Shown here one piece after another: positions 48,021-56,789 of a DNA stretch of 64,000 nt (positions are counted from its first letter, which is position 1; every line of letters starts with the position of its first letter). The translations under genes and the position numbers were made by a program. A model generated the notes under the pieces. That model did not search any database. It saw nothing but the letters and a program-made list of their open reading frames with translations, and was not told the DNA's origin. The DNA is from Flavobacteriales bacterium (GTDB taxonomy: Bacteria > Bacteroidota > Bacteroidia > Flavobacteriales_F > PHOS-HE28), in contig CP129489.1 in the NCBI GenBank assembly GCA_030584065.1, positions 3,510,235 to 3,574,234 of the forward strand, read 5' to 3'.

Positions 48021-48715
48021 CGGCGTTTCTGATCGATGGAGGCGAACACCAGGTGCACGAAGAGCTCGGGCACCCGGTCCGGAGAGTGTTCCTTGCGGGC
48101 GGGGCGTGCACCGAACAGCGCGGGCAGCTGTTCGTGGAAGAAGCGCAGGCTGCCGGTGCCCTCCAGCACGAGCGCTGCAAGGTCATGCGCCTGCGGATGG
48201 CCGGGCTTGGCCGAGGTGATTAGGTCGCGCAGCCGGTGGCTCAGCCGGACGAAGCTGCCGAAGTGGCCGTCCTTGTCGCCGGGCTTCACCTCCTTGGTGA
48301 ACCAGGCCTTGGCGCTCTCGTTCACGGCGATGCGGTAGAGGGCCTGCAGGTCGACGTAGTCGTGCCGGCCTCGCTCGGTGACGGCGCCCGCTACGCTGCG
48401 GATGCCGCGCTCCAGGCGCTCCCGGGGGTCGGCGATGTTCGCCGTGTCGAATGCCAGCTTGATCTCGCGCCACGCCCAGTACCAGTCCACGAGGTAGACG
48501 AGGAGCAGGTGCTTGTTGGCGAAGTAGCGGTAGACGCTCGTCTCAGCGGTGCCCAGCGCCTGGGCCAGCTTGCCGATGGTGAAGCGCTCGAAGCCCAGCT
48601 CATCGATCAGCCGGATGCTGGTGCCGATGATGCGGTGCCCCAGCTCGGTGGAGGAGGGGTCCTTGGTGAAGACGCGCTCCCGTACCTGCACGTCCATATG
48701 AAGGAGTCGATCCAT
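48017..48715 (-). CDS. TetR/AcrR-family transcriptional regulator
   Basis: The internal ATG gives MDRLLHMDVQ. HTH GKLAQALGTAETSVYRYFANK. ATGA overlap with the ABC gene. Confidence 0.8.
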   Translation of the reverse strand: MDRLLHMDVQVRERVFTKDPSSTELGHRIIGTSIRLIDELGFERFTIGKLAQALGTAETSVYRYFANKHLLLVYLVDWYWAWREIKLAFDTANIADPRERLERGIRSVAGAVTERGRHDYVDLQALYRIAVNESAKAWFTKEVKPGDKDGHFGSFVRLSHRLRDLITSAKPGHPQAHDLAALVLEGTGSLRFFHEQLPALFGARPARKEHSPDRVPELFVHLVFASIDQKRR

Positions 48716-48815
48716 GGCTCGGATTGCGTGCAAATGTTCCGCATCCGACAGCTGATATAACAGATGCGGTTGTTAAAATGTTTGATATGATAGTATTACT
48801 ATCACACTGGCGCGC

Positions 48816-49715
48816 TCAATCCCCCTCCTCCAGGATGGCCAGCACGCGGTCCGGATAGTCGCTGATGATGCCTTGGACGCCGAGGGCGGCCATGCGGCGG
48901 ATGTCATCGGGCTCATTCACGGTCCATACCACCAGCTGGATGCCGCGCTCCCGCAGCTTACGGGTGAGGGCCTCGTCCGCCTGGCTGAAATGCGGGCTGT
49001 AGATGGCAGGGTCGAAGGGCAGCCGTTGCAGGTTGGCCTCCAGGCCATCCGTGTTCTCCACGAGGAGGGCGAGCGTGATGTCGGGCTCCGCGGCATGCAC
49101 GGCTTGGAGCACGGAAGGGTCGAACGATTGGATGATGCAGCGGTCGGTGATGCCGAGGGAATCCACCGCGGCGAGGACCAACCGGGCCAATTCCGGCGGC
49201 GGGGGCTGATAGGTGCCGTAGAGGGCGGGGTCGCTCTTGATCTCGATGTTGAATCCGGGGCTGCCGCTGCCCAGGAGGGCAGCCTCCTCCACCGCCTCCA
49301 CCACCTCGCGCAGCGTGGGCTTGTGGGCGCGCCGCTGCTCCTGCTCCGGGAATCCGGGATGCTCGAGGCCGCCGCAGTCGTAGGTGCGGATCTCCGCCGC
49401 CGTCATGCGGTAGAGGTTGTGCTGCCGCTCCTCGGCTTCCGTGATGGCCTCGCCGCGGGGGCCGGTGCAGATCAGGTGGCTCATCCAGGGCTCGTGCGAG
49501 ACCACCACCTGGCTGTCTGCACTCACCACCACATCGAGTTCCAGCCAGTCGACTCCCAGCTCGGCGGCCTTGAGGAAGCCGGGCACCGTGTTCTCGGGCA
49601 GCAGGCCCCGGCAGCCACGGTGTCCGTGGACCTCAGGGCGGGCGGGGGTGGCGGGCATGCAGGAGTGGAGGAGGGCGGCGATGAGCAGGGCCGCCGGGGT
49701 TTCAGCCTTGGCCAT
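48816..49715 (-). CDS. Glycerophosphodiester phosphodiesterase family protein (exported)
   Basis: GDPD motifs HGHRGCRGLLPENT. N-terminal hydrophobic segment with a possible lipobox LHSC. Confidence 0.8.
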   Translation of the reverse strand: MAKAETPAALLIAALLHSCMPATPARPEVHGHRGCRGLLPENTVPGFLKAAELGVDWLELDVVVSADSQVVVSHEPWMSHLICTGPRGEAITEAEERQHNLYRMTAAEIRTYDCGGLEHPGFPEQEQRRAHKPTLREVVEAVEEAALLGSGSPGFNIEIKSDPALYGTYQPPPPELARLVLAAVDSLGITDRCIIQSFDPSVLQAVHAAEPDITLALLVENTDGLEANLQRLPFDPAIYSPHFSQADEALTRKLRERGIQLVVWTVNEPDDIRRMAALGVQGIISDYPDRVLAILEEGD

Positions 49716-50649
49716 TCGGGAATGCGTGGATGATCTTGTCGGCGAGCACCTCGGCCATCTTCAGCTTGCCTTCGTGCGTCACTCCGGCGATGTGCGGCGT
49801 CAGCAGCACGCGGTCATGGCCGAGGAGCCGGCGCTGGGTGGCAGGGTCGATGGCGGGGTCGAGTCCGGAGAGGTCGGGCCGCTCGAATTCGAGCACGTCG
49901 AGGCCTGCGGCGATCACGCGGCCATGATCGATGGCATCGAGCAGCGCAGCGGTGTGCACCACGGCCCCGCGCGACGTGTTGAGGAACCAGATGGGCCTGC
50001 CCAGGCGGAGGAAGAAGCCGCGGTCGGCGAAGTGGTGCGTCTCCGGGGTCAGCGGCAGGTGCAGGCTGATGACGTCGCTCTCGCGCAGCACGCGCTCCAG
50101 CCCGCACTCGTGCACCCCGGCGCGCTCGAAACCGCTGCGGTACTTGTCGTGCGCCAGCACGCGCACCCCGAATCCGCGCAGCTTGTCGGCGAAGGCGCTG
50201 CCCATGTGGCCGTAGCCGATGATGCCCACGGTCTTGCCGCGCAGGTCGGTGCCGCGGTTCTCCTCGCGCAGCCAAAGGCCGGCATGCACCTGGTTGTTGG
50301 CGCGCACCAGCGCCTTCATCAGCGCCAGCAGCAGCATCACGCAGGCTTCGCCCACGCCATCGCGGTTGCCCTCCGGCGAGTTCATCACCTGGATGCCGTT
50401 CCTGCGGCACCAGGCGGTATCGATGTTCTCCAGCCCGCTGCCCACGCGCGCCACGAAGCGGAGCCCGTCGATGCGGGCGAGCAGGCTGCCTTCCAGGCGG
50501 CGGCTGCGGACCACGATGCCCCGCATGCCCTGGAGCGCTTCCGCCAGCCGCGCATCATCCACCTGGTGGAGCATCACCGCCTCGTGCCCCGCCCGGGTGA
50601 GCAGCTCGGCCAGGCGGGGGTGCGCATTGTCGATGAATCCGATGCGCAT
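49702..50649 (-). CDS. D-isomer-specific 2-hydroxyacid dehydrogenase family protein
   Basis: NAD-binding motif GKTVGIIGYGHMGS; catalytic R/E/H triad context. Confidence 0.85.
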   Translation of the reverse strand: MRIGFIDNAHPRLAELLTRAGHEAVMLHQVDDARLAEALQGMRGIVVRSRRLEGSLLARIDGLRFVARVGSGLENIDTAWCRRNGIQVMNSPEGNRDGVGEACVMLLLALMKALVRANNQVHAGLWLREENRGTDLRGKTVGIIGYGHMGSAFADKLRGFGVRVLAHDKYRSGFERAGVHECGLERVLRESDVISLHLPLTPETHHFADRGFFLRLGRPIWFLNTSRGAVVHTAALLDAIDHGRVIAAGLDVLEFERPDLSGLDPAIDPATQRRLLGHDRVLLTPHIAGVTHEGKLKMAEVLADKIIHAFPNGQG

Positions 50650-50653
50650 GGGT

Positions 50654-52048
50654 TCAGAGCATGAGGCCGGCCAGCAGCACGGAGGCGATGCCGAAGTAGA
50701 TGAGCAGGCCCGTCACGTCCACCACGGTGGCCACGAAGGGCGCCGAGGAGACAGCGGGGTCGCGTCCCAGGCGCTTCAGCACGAGCGGGAAGAGGGAGCC
50801 GATGAGGTTGCCCCAGAGCACCACGCCCAGCAGGGAGATGCCCACCGCAAGGCCCACCTGCAGCCAGTGCTCGCCGTACACGGTCACGAACTGGCTCCAC
50901 AGGGCCACGCGCAGGAAGCCGATGATGCCGAGCACCGTGCCCAAGGTGAGCCCCACGGTGAATTCGCGCTTCACCACGCTCCACCATTCGCGGATGGAGA
51001 CGTCGCCCAGGGCCAGTGCCCGGATGATGAGCGTGCTGGCCTGCGAGCCGGTGTTGCCGCCGCTGCTGATGATCAGCGGCACGAAGAGCGCCAGCACCAC
51101 CGCCTTGGCGATCTGGTCCTCGAAGAAGCTCATGGCCGTGGCCGTGAAGCTCTCGCCCACGAAGAGGATGATGAGCCAGCCCACTCGCTTCTTCACGATG
51201 TCGAGCCAGGTGCTGCTCATGTAGCTGTCCTCCAGCGCCTCCATGCCCGCCATCTTCTGGGCGTCCTCCGTCTCCTCCTCGCGGATCACGTCCACCACGT
51301 CGTCGATGGTGATGCGGCCCACGAGGCGGCCGCGCCCGTCCAGCACGGGCAGCGCCACCAGGTCGTATTTCTCCATGAGCCGGGCGGCCACCTCGGCGTC
51401 CTCGTCGGCACGCACGCTGATGAAGTCCGGCTCGTACACGTCCTTCACCGGCTGGAAGAGCGAGGTGGTGAGCAGCTTCTTCAGGGGGATGATGCCCACC
51501 AGCCGCTCATGCTGGTCCACCACGTAGATCGCATAGGGGTTGTCGATCTCCTCCCCGTGGGCCCGCAGCTCCTTCACGCAATCGCGCATGCGCCCCTCCA
51601 CGCTCACCCGGATGAGCTCCTTGGCCATGAGCCCCCCGGCGCTGTGCTCGTCGTAGGCCAGCAGCTCGGCGATCTCTTCGCGCTGTTCGGCGTCCTCGAT
51701 GTTGGCCATCACCTCCTCCTGCACGTCCTCCGGCAGGTCGGCGATCACGTCGGCGGCATCGTCGCTGTCCAGCTGGTCGATCACCTCCTCGGCGATCTCC
51801 TTGCCGGTGTAGGTGCCCAGGATGGCCTCGCGCTTGTCCTCCGGAAGCTCCAGCAGCACCTCGGCCGCCAGCTCCTCGCCCAGGGCATCATACAGCGTGT
51901 TGGCCTCCTCGGGGCGCAGCTGGTCCAGCACCTCCGCGATATCCGCCGGATGCATCTCCGACAGGTCGGCCACGATGGCCTGCGCACGGCCGTTCTCCAG
52001 GCCCTCGCGGATCCGTTCGAGCAGGGGCTTGGTGACATCGAAGGCCAT
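50654..52048 (-). CDS. mgtE: Magnesium transporter MgtE
   Basis: The internal ATG gives MAFDVTKPLLERI. MgtE N-domain, CBS pair and MgtE TM domain. Confidence 0.9.
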   Translation of the reverse strand: MAFDVTKPLLERIREGLENGRAQAIVADLSEMHPADIAEVLDQLRPEEANTLYDALGEELAAEVLLELPEDKREAILGTYTGKEIAEEVIDQLDSDDAADVIADLPEDVQEEVMANIEDAEQREEIAELLAYDEHSAGGLMAKELIRVSVEGRMRDCVKELRAHGEEIDNPYAIYVVDQHERLVGIIPLKKLLTTSLFQPVKDVYEPDFISVRADEDAEVAARLMEKYDLVALPVLDGRGRLVGRITIDDVVDVIREEETEDAQKMAGMEALEDSYMSSTWLDIVKKRVGWLIILFVGESFTATAMSFFEDQIAKAVVLALFVPLIISSGGNTGSQASTLIIRALALGDVSIREWWSVVKREFTVGLTLGTVLGIIGFLRVALWSQFVTVYGEHWLQVGLAVGISLLGVVLWGNLIGSLFPLVLKRLGRDPAVSSAPFVATVVDVTGLLIYFGIASVLLAGLML

Positions 52049-52091
52049 GGCGGGTGCCCCGGCCTGATGGCGGTTGCGGAGCCGCGCGAAA

Positions 52092-52310
52092 TTAGGCCTT
52101 CGGAGCCTGCTCAATGGCCCGCGTCAGCGCGATGAAGTCCGCCACGCTCAGCTGCTCGGCGCGCCTGCCCGCAAATTCAGCCGGCGGGGCGCCGGTCAGC
52201 TCCGGCAGCGGCTTCAGCGCATTGCGCAGGGTCTTGCGCCGCTGGTTGAAGGCGGTCTTCACCACCCGGAAGAAGAGCGCTATCGCATGGCAACCGCTGC
52301 GCGCCAGTGG
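52092..52310 (-). pseudogene. Remnant 3' fragment of rsmA/ksgA (encodes only the C-terminal ~60 residues), left next to mgtE
   Basis: The translation ...ALFFRVVKTAFNQRRKTLRNALKPLPELTGAPPAEFAGRRAEQLSVADFIALTRAIEQAPKA matches the C-terminus of the intact ksgA at 56790-57560. There is no N-terminal methyltransferase domain. Confidence 0.75.
52104..52282. repeat. Direct repeat, left copy (179 bp, about 98% identical to 56793-56971)
   Basis: Aligned by eye: identical except 3 mismatches (cagctg vs caattg; caaatt vs catatt). The offset is exactly 4689 bp. Confidence 0.8.
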
Positions 52311-52447
52311 TGGAGGGGTCTTATTGGCCATGGGTAGCCGCCTCCTCATCTCGTTCATACCCGCCCTTCAGCGCAGTCCGCAGGTTGGAGGCTGCGATCG
52401 TGCTCGCCATGATCAGCCCAGGGTGGCGCCGCATCGGGGTCCACGGC

Positions 52448-53905
52448 TTACCGCACCAGGATCTTGGCGGAACGGCGGTCCCGCTCACGGGTAGCATGCA
52501 CGAAGTACACGGCGGGACCCGCGCGGGGCAGAGAGAACGTGGTGCGCAACCGCACAGCGGGCAGCGTGAGCACGGTTTGCCCGAGCGCATTCAGGATGTC
52601 GAGCCGCCATGGATGCGCGTCGGGAAGGTCGGCGACCCATGTGGTGCCCCCATCGATGGTGCTGCAGGACAATGCGGAACCTCCCTGCGGCGAAGCGCCG
52701 ATGCCCGTGCCTCCCCCCGGCAGCGCGCCCAGGTATTGGGCCACCTGGTTGATCGGCTGGCCGTCGATCTGGTCGAATCCGCCGCAGATGTACAGGCTGT
52801 CACGCCAGAAGGCCATGTCGCGGATGCGGGCCAGGTCGGGCACCAAGGGGTGCGGGGTGTGGAATGTGCCCGGCAACCCGCTCCATTGGCTGCCGTCCCA
52901 GATGGCCAGCCCGCCATTGAGGGCCTGGCCGCCGGCGTGGTCGAAGACTCCGCCCACGTAGAGGTGGCCATGGTGCCATTTCATGCGCATGGCCGTTGCT
53001 CCGCCGGCCTCTGCCAGATAGGCCAACCCTCCGCCCATGTCGCTCCAGCTCTGGCCATCGAATGCAGCTACCAAGTTGCCGGGCGCGCCGGTGCTCTGCT
53101 TGAAGGTGCCGCACACGTAGAGCACGTCATCGTGGATGAGCACATCACGGATGTGGTAGGCGTTGCCCCAGCCGGGCACGTATTCCCATTCAGATCCATT
53201 GAACCGCATGAAGTACCTGATGCCAGGCCCTATCGGATTCTGGAATCCACCGGTCATGTAGGTCATGCCTTGGAATTCGAACACATAACCCACATAGTCG
53301 CCATTGTCCGGTGCCGGAGGGATCTGCCCCCAGGGCTCCCACTCGTGGAAGGCGCTGCCATCGTAGCGGTACACGCAGGCCTCGGGGTAGCCGCAGAGGC
53401 TCTCGGAGTAGCCGGTGGCGTACATGCTGGTGGCGCCCGGGGTCTTCTGCACCAGCGTATTCAGGCCGCTCATGGCCGGGTTGATGCACTCGAGTGCCTC
53501 CCAGCGCTGGGTGGCCTCGTTCAGGCGGGCGAATGAGGTATTCCACGTCCCTTGATCGGTCATGAATGTGTAGCCTCCGCAGGAGTAGAGTTCATCTTGG
53601 AACCGGAGGAACCAGAAGGTCTGTTGGGCGCTCCCGCCACCAATGGGTTGTATGCGGTGTGCCAAACTATCCCAGCGCATGCCGTCCCAGGCGGCCTGAC
53701 CCACGCAGAGCACCGTGTCGCTCTGATTCAGGATGTACATGAACGTGCCACCAGCGAGCAACCGGTTGCTCACAGAATCCCCGAATAGGGTCTGCACCTC
53801 CAGGTGATTCAAGGTGCCGCGTCCACAGGCCTTCCAGTTGGGCTGGGCAAGCGCTGCAATGGTGCCCAGCCAACCTAATCCCAGGAGAACCAGACCGCGT
53901 CTCAT
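52448..53905 (-). CDS. Secreted beta-propeller (Kelch-like repeat) protein with T9SS type-A C-terminal sorting domain
   Basis: Signal peptide MRRGLVLLGLGWLGTIAALAQ. Repeated ...GG.F....G......A.WDG..W..LG... blades. C-terminus ...AVYFVHATRERDRRSAKILVR. ATGA overlap with the upstream gene. Confidence 0.75.
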   Translation of the reverse strand: MRRGLVLLGLGWLGTIAALAQPNWKACGRGTLNHLEVQTLFGDSVSNRLLAGGTFMYILNQSDTVLCVGQAAWDGMRWDSLAHRIQPIGGGSAQQTFWFLRFQDELYSCGGYTFMTDQGTWNTSFARLNEATQRWEALECINPAMSGLNTLVQKTPGATSMYATGYSESLCGYPEACVYRYDGSAFHEWEPWGQIPPAPDNGDYVGYVFEFQGMTYMTGGFQNPIGPGIRYFMRFNGSEWEYVPGWGNAYHIRDVLIHDDVLYVCGTFKQSTGAPGNLVAAFDGQSWSDMGGGLAYLAEAGGATAMRMKWHHGHLYVGGVFDHAGGQALNGGLAIWDGSQWSGLPGTFHTPHPLVPDLARIRDMAFWRDSLYICGGFDQIDGQPINQVAQYLGALPGGGTGIGASPQGGSALSCSTIDGGTTWVADLPDAHPWRLDILNALGQTVLTLPAVRLRTTFSLPRAGPAVYFVHATRERDRRSAKILVR

Positions 53906-56616
53906 CGCCTAGCAAGCTTAGCGTGAAGGGAGCTGCCCGATGCGCTAACTGCGCGTACCACATATAGACCGGCCGCGTGCGGTGAAAGGTCGAGCACATG
54001 TTGCTGCCGGGCTTCCTCCGCCAAGGTGACTTCGCGTCCCGCTGCATCGAACACCTGGATTACCCAGGTCTCATCGTCAGGCAGGCTCGCCATCCAAGCG
54101 CTCTGTGCAAACGGTGTCAGTAGCAGGGTGCCTTGCATCTGCGCAGGCATGGCCGCCTCAGGCAGGCCCACGGACAGTTGCGCACCGAAGCTGGAGATGA
54201 AGCCATCGTGCGGGGTGCTCAACAATTCCGGATACGCGATCGTGGTGAACTCATGATCCATGGCAGCCGAGAACTGATAGAAGGGCACCATCGATATGCT
54301 GGTGTTGCCGCCCAGGTTCCAATCCTGGTAAAGGTCCAGGTCGTTGTTGGGGTCGAAATCCCAGAGCGGGAACGCATCGGTCTGCTGGGAGGCGGTGGCG
54401 CCCACCAGGTACACCTCCGTGGCTGATGCGGCAATACCCCAACCACGGTCGCTCTGCACGCCGCCGAATGCGCTGCGCCATAGCATGGCTGGTGCCGGTT
54501 GGTCCGCCAGCGAGAGGATGATGGCATCGCGCCGGTTCCAGTAATCGTTCTGATCCTGATAGTAGTAGCTGCTGTTGATGTCGGTACTGAAGCCCTCGGC
54601 GCTGCGCGTCTCGCCGGTGATGAACACGCGGCTATCGTCGTGGCTGTTCACGTCCAGCAGCACATCGTCGCGCAGCCCCCCGATGAGCGTGCCGTAGTTG
54701 AGGTCGAAGGGCGCCAAATGGAAGCGCAGGATGAAGCCATCCGCTCCCTGGCCGTAGGTGGTGCCCGCATGGCTCTGGCTGTGATGCACGCCTGACCCGT
54801 CCGGATGGGGACAATGATCCTTGGTGAGCTCCGTATCGGTGGTATAGCCCACCACCCAGAGCGATTTGCTCGTGAGTTCAAGGCCGTATGCCTCCGCCAG
54901 CCAATCGCCCCAGCGTGTGCAGTATTCTACTTGGTACTGGTTGTTGATGTCGATGCGGGCGATCATGGCCGAAGGCCCATTCGAGCTGGATTGGAAGAAG
55001 GCGCCGGGCAATGATTGCGTATCCAGCGCGCTGCCCGTTCCTGTGGAACTGGTGCCTGTCAACCAGATGACCTTCTTGCCCGAACCCGGCACAGGCGCGA
55101 TGCGCAGGTCGGTCACCTTGGTGTAGGCATCTTCCGGATCGTATTCACCGAAGGTGGTGGCCCATTCGATGTCGTAGTCCGCATCGAACACGATGAAGAA
55201 GCCGCCGCCAACGGCGCGGCTGAATGCGCCCGTGGGGGTGACAAGGGGGAAATCGGGCGTAGAGGCCCCCATGATGCTGAAGGTCTCGATCTGCCCGCCC
55301 ACCACCACCTGGCCCGTGGGGTCCACATCGATGGCCAGGCCATGCTCGCTCCAGCTCACCTCACCGGATTGCCCGTGGGTGGTGGCCCAATCGCGTATGC
55401 CGTTCTCTTTCCTGAATGCACCGACCCACATGCGCATGGTGCCGCCATCATAAGCCTCCGCAAATGCATCTGTGAAAACAGAGGAAGGGTCTGTATAGGG
55501 CAAGAAATCCGTGCAATTGGTGCTCCCCGTCACGAACACATGATCTACGCTGCTCTCTTCAGTGGCATCCACCGCCAGTTTGTGCGCCTTGGTGCGCGCG
55601 CTCCACTTGCCCCCGTCGTAGCCACCGTAATAGGTGGCCCATTGGGTCACTTTATCGGAAGCACGCACCTTCATGATCACCGCGCTCCACCAGCCTGCGG
55701 GTTCGCTGATGAAGGGGGTATGTTCCGTGTAGCCTACTGCAATGGGGAAATAGGTGCCAGTCACATAACCGCAGGCGTAGGGGTTGCCCTGCTCATCCAC
55801 TTCCACGCACTCCAGTTCATCGCCGCCCTGGCCGCCCGCGTAGGTGCTCCAGTTGAGGTTGCGCTGCTCGGGGCCGCCGCCCATCATGGCAGGCGGGTAT
55901 CCGATCTGCAGGATCAAGGGCCAGGCGGGGTTGTAGCTCTCATACTCGAAGCCCACGGTGAAATTGCCCGGCTCTACCACGTAGTCCGCCGTCCAGTTCA
56001 CGGGAACGACCTGGCCGTTGCCGTTGACTTGAAAGGCGAGTGCTTGATCCAGCTTGACCCACTTGTCCGCGAGATGGACCTTCAGCGCTCCTAGCCAATC
56101 GACTTTGATGCTGTCCTGCCCGGTGAAGCTCAGCTTCACATCGGCCGGGGTTCCGCCGGGCCGGATGACGATGGCCATGCGGGGCCCCGTGCTTCCATAG
56201 TAGTAATGGATATCCGTTTTCTCCCAGGCTTCTTCGTACACGACGCGTTGGTGTCCTTCCACCCCTTCCGCTGAGAATGATCCGAGATAATAATTGGTGA
56301 CGCCTTCCAAGGCCGGGCCCACCGGAACCGGGTCCACCTCCTTGTCGCCCATGAGCATGTCGATCCGGTAGAGGGTATCCGTGGTGGTGCTGTCGTGGTG
56401 CAAGGCGGCCAGGGTGTAACTCACCAGGCTCTTGTTCCGCAGGAAGATCCCGATGGGGGTCCGCTCATAGTAGTAGGCGCAATCCGCCAAGGGTGTACCG
56501 TCGGTGCGCAGCACCTGCCCGGCATGCTGCCGCAGTGGCGTGAAGCCGTGACCGGCATCCCCATACGGATCGGGCGGCACATATACTTGGGCGCTAACCC
56601 CGGACACTCCTGCCAA
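53902..56616 (-). CDS. Large secreted SBBP-type beta-propeller repeat protein with T9SS type-A C-terminal sorting domain; 5' end displaced from its ATG by a heptanucleotide repeat
   Basis: SBBP-like repeats (YAGGQGGDELECVEVDEQGNPYACGYVTG; YYGGYDGG...HVFVTGST). C-terminus ...LYVVRAVSASGSSLHAKLARR. The track start 56616 is TTG. The signal-peptide-like sequence RWRLTQALQCLLLAGVSGVSAQ continues upstream in the same frame with no ATG; the only ATG (56708) is in the +1 frame. Confidence 0.75.
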   Translation of the reverse strand: MAGVSGVSAQVYVPPDPYGDAGHGFTPLRQHAGQVLRTDGTPLADCAYYYERTPIGIFLRNKSLVSYTLAALHHDSTTTDTLYRIDMLMGDKEVDPVPVGPALEGVTNYYLGSFSAEGVEGHQRVVYEEAWEKTDIHYYYGSTGPRMAIVIRPGGTPADVKLSFTGQDSIKVDWLGALKVHLADKWVKLDQALAFQVNGNGQVVPVNWTADYVVEPGNFTVGFEYESYNPAWPLILQIGYPPAMMGGGPEQRNLNWSTYAGGQGGDELECVEVDEQGNPYACGYVTGTYFPIAVGYTEHTPFISEPAGWWSAVIMKVRASDKVTQWATYYGGYDGGKWSARTKAHKLAVDATEESSVDHVFVTGSTNCTDFLPYTDPSSVFTDAFAEAYDGGTMRMWVGAFRKENGIRDWATTHGQSGEVSWSEHGLAIDVDPTGQVVVGGQIETFSIMGASTPDFPLVTPTGAFSRAVGGGFFIVFDADYDIEWATTFGEYDPEDAYTKVTDLRIAPVPGSGKKVIWLTGTSSTGTGSALDTQSLPGAFFQSSSNGPSAMIARIDINNQYQVEYCTRWGDWLAEAYGLELTSKSLWVVGYTTDTELTKDHCPHPDGSGVHHSQSHAGTTYGQGADGFILRFHLAPFDLNYGTLIGGLRDDVLLDVNSHDDSRVFITGETRSAEGFSTDINSSYYYQDQNDYWNRRDAIILSLADQPAPAMLWRSAFGGVQSDRGWGIAASATEVYLVGATASQQTDAFPLWDFDPNNDLDLYQDWNLGGNTSISMVPFYQFSAAMDHEFTTIAYPELLSTPHDGFISSFGAQLSVGLPEAAMPAQMQGTLLLTPFAQSAWMASLPDDETWVIQVFDAAGREVTLAEEARQQHVLDLSPHAAGLYVVRAVSASGSSLHAKLARR

Positions 56617-56670
56617 CAGTAAGCATTGGAGAGCTTGTGTCAGACGCCACCTGCCCTTGCCCCTGTCCTG

Positions 56671-56705
56671 CGTTCTGCGTTCTGCGTTCTGCGTTCTGCG
56701 TTCTG
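56671..56705. repeat. Heptanucleotide tandem repeat (CGTTCTG)x5 (minus-strand CAGAACG) between the ATG and the signal-peptide-coding frame of the T9SS cargo gene
   Basis: Five perfect 7-nt units, read directly from the sequence. Confidence 0.85.
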
Positions 56706-56736
56706 CATGGTTACAGGAATTGGATAGGTGAAGCTA

Positions 56737-56755
56737 ATGCGCTTGCGCAACGCAT
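56737..56755. repeat. Small imperfect palindrome ATGCGCTTGCGCAACGCAT in the ksgA/cargo-operon intergenic region
   Basis: The core TTGCGCAA is perfectly palindromic, flanked by ATGCG/CGCAT. It lies 35 bp downstream of the ksgA stop and upstream of the cargo gene ATG. Confidence 0.4.
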
Positions 56756-56789
56756 CCAAAGGCTGTTGAAAAGTCGAGGCGATGGCGGG

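Noticed and set aside
52092-52358. 88-aa ORF as an independent small gene
   Set aside because: It is a fragment of the ksgA 3' end (see findings); it is called a pseudogene or remnant.
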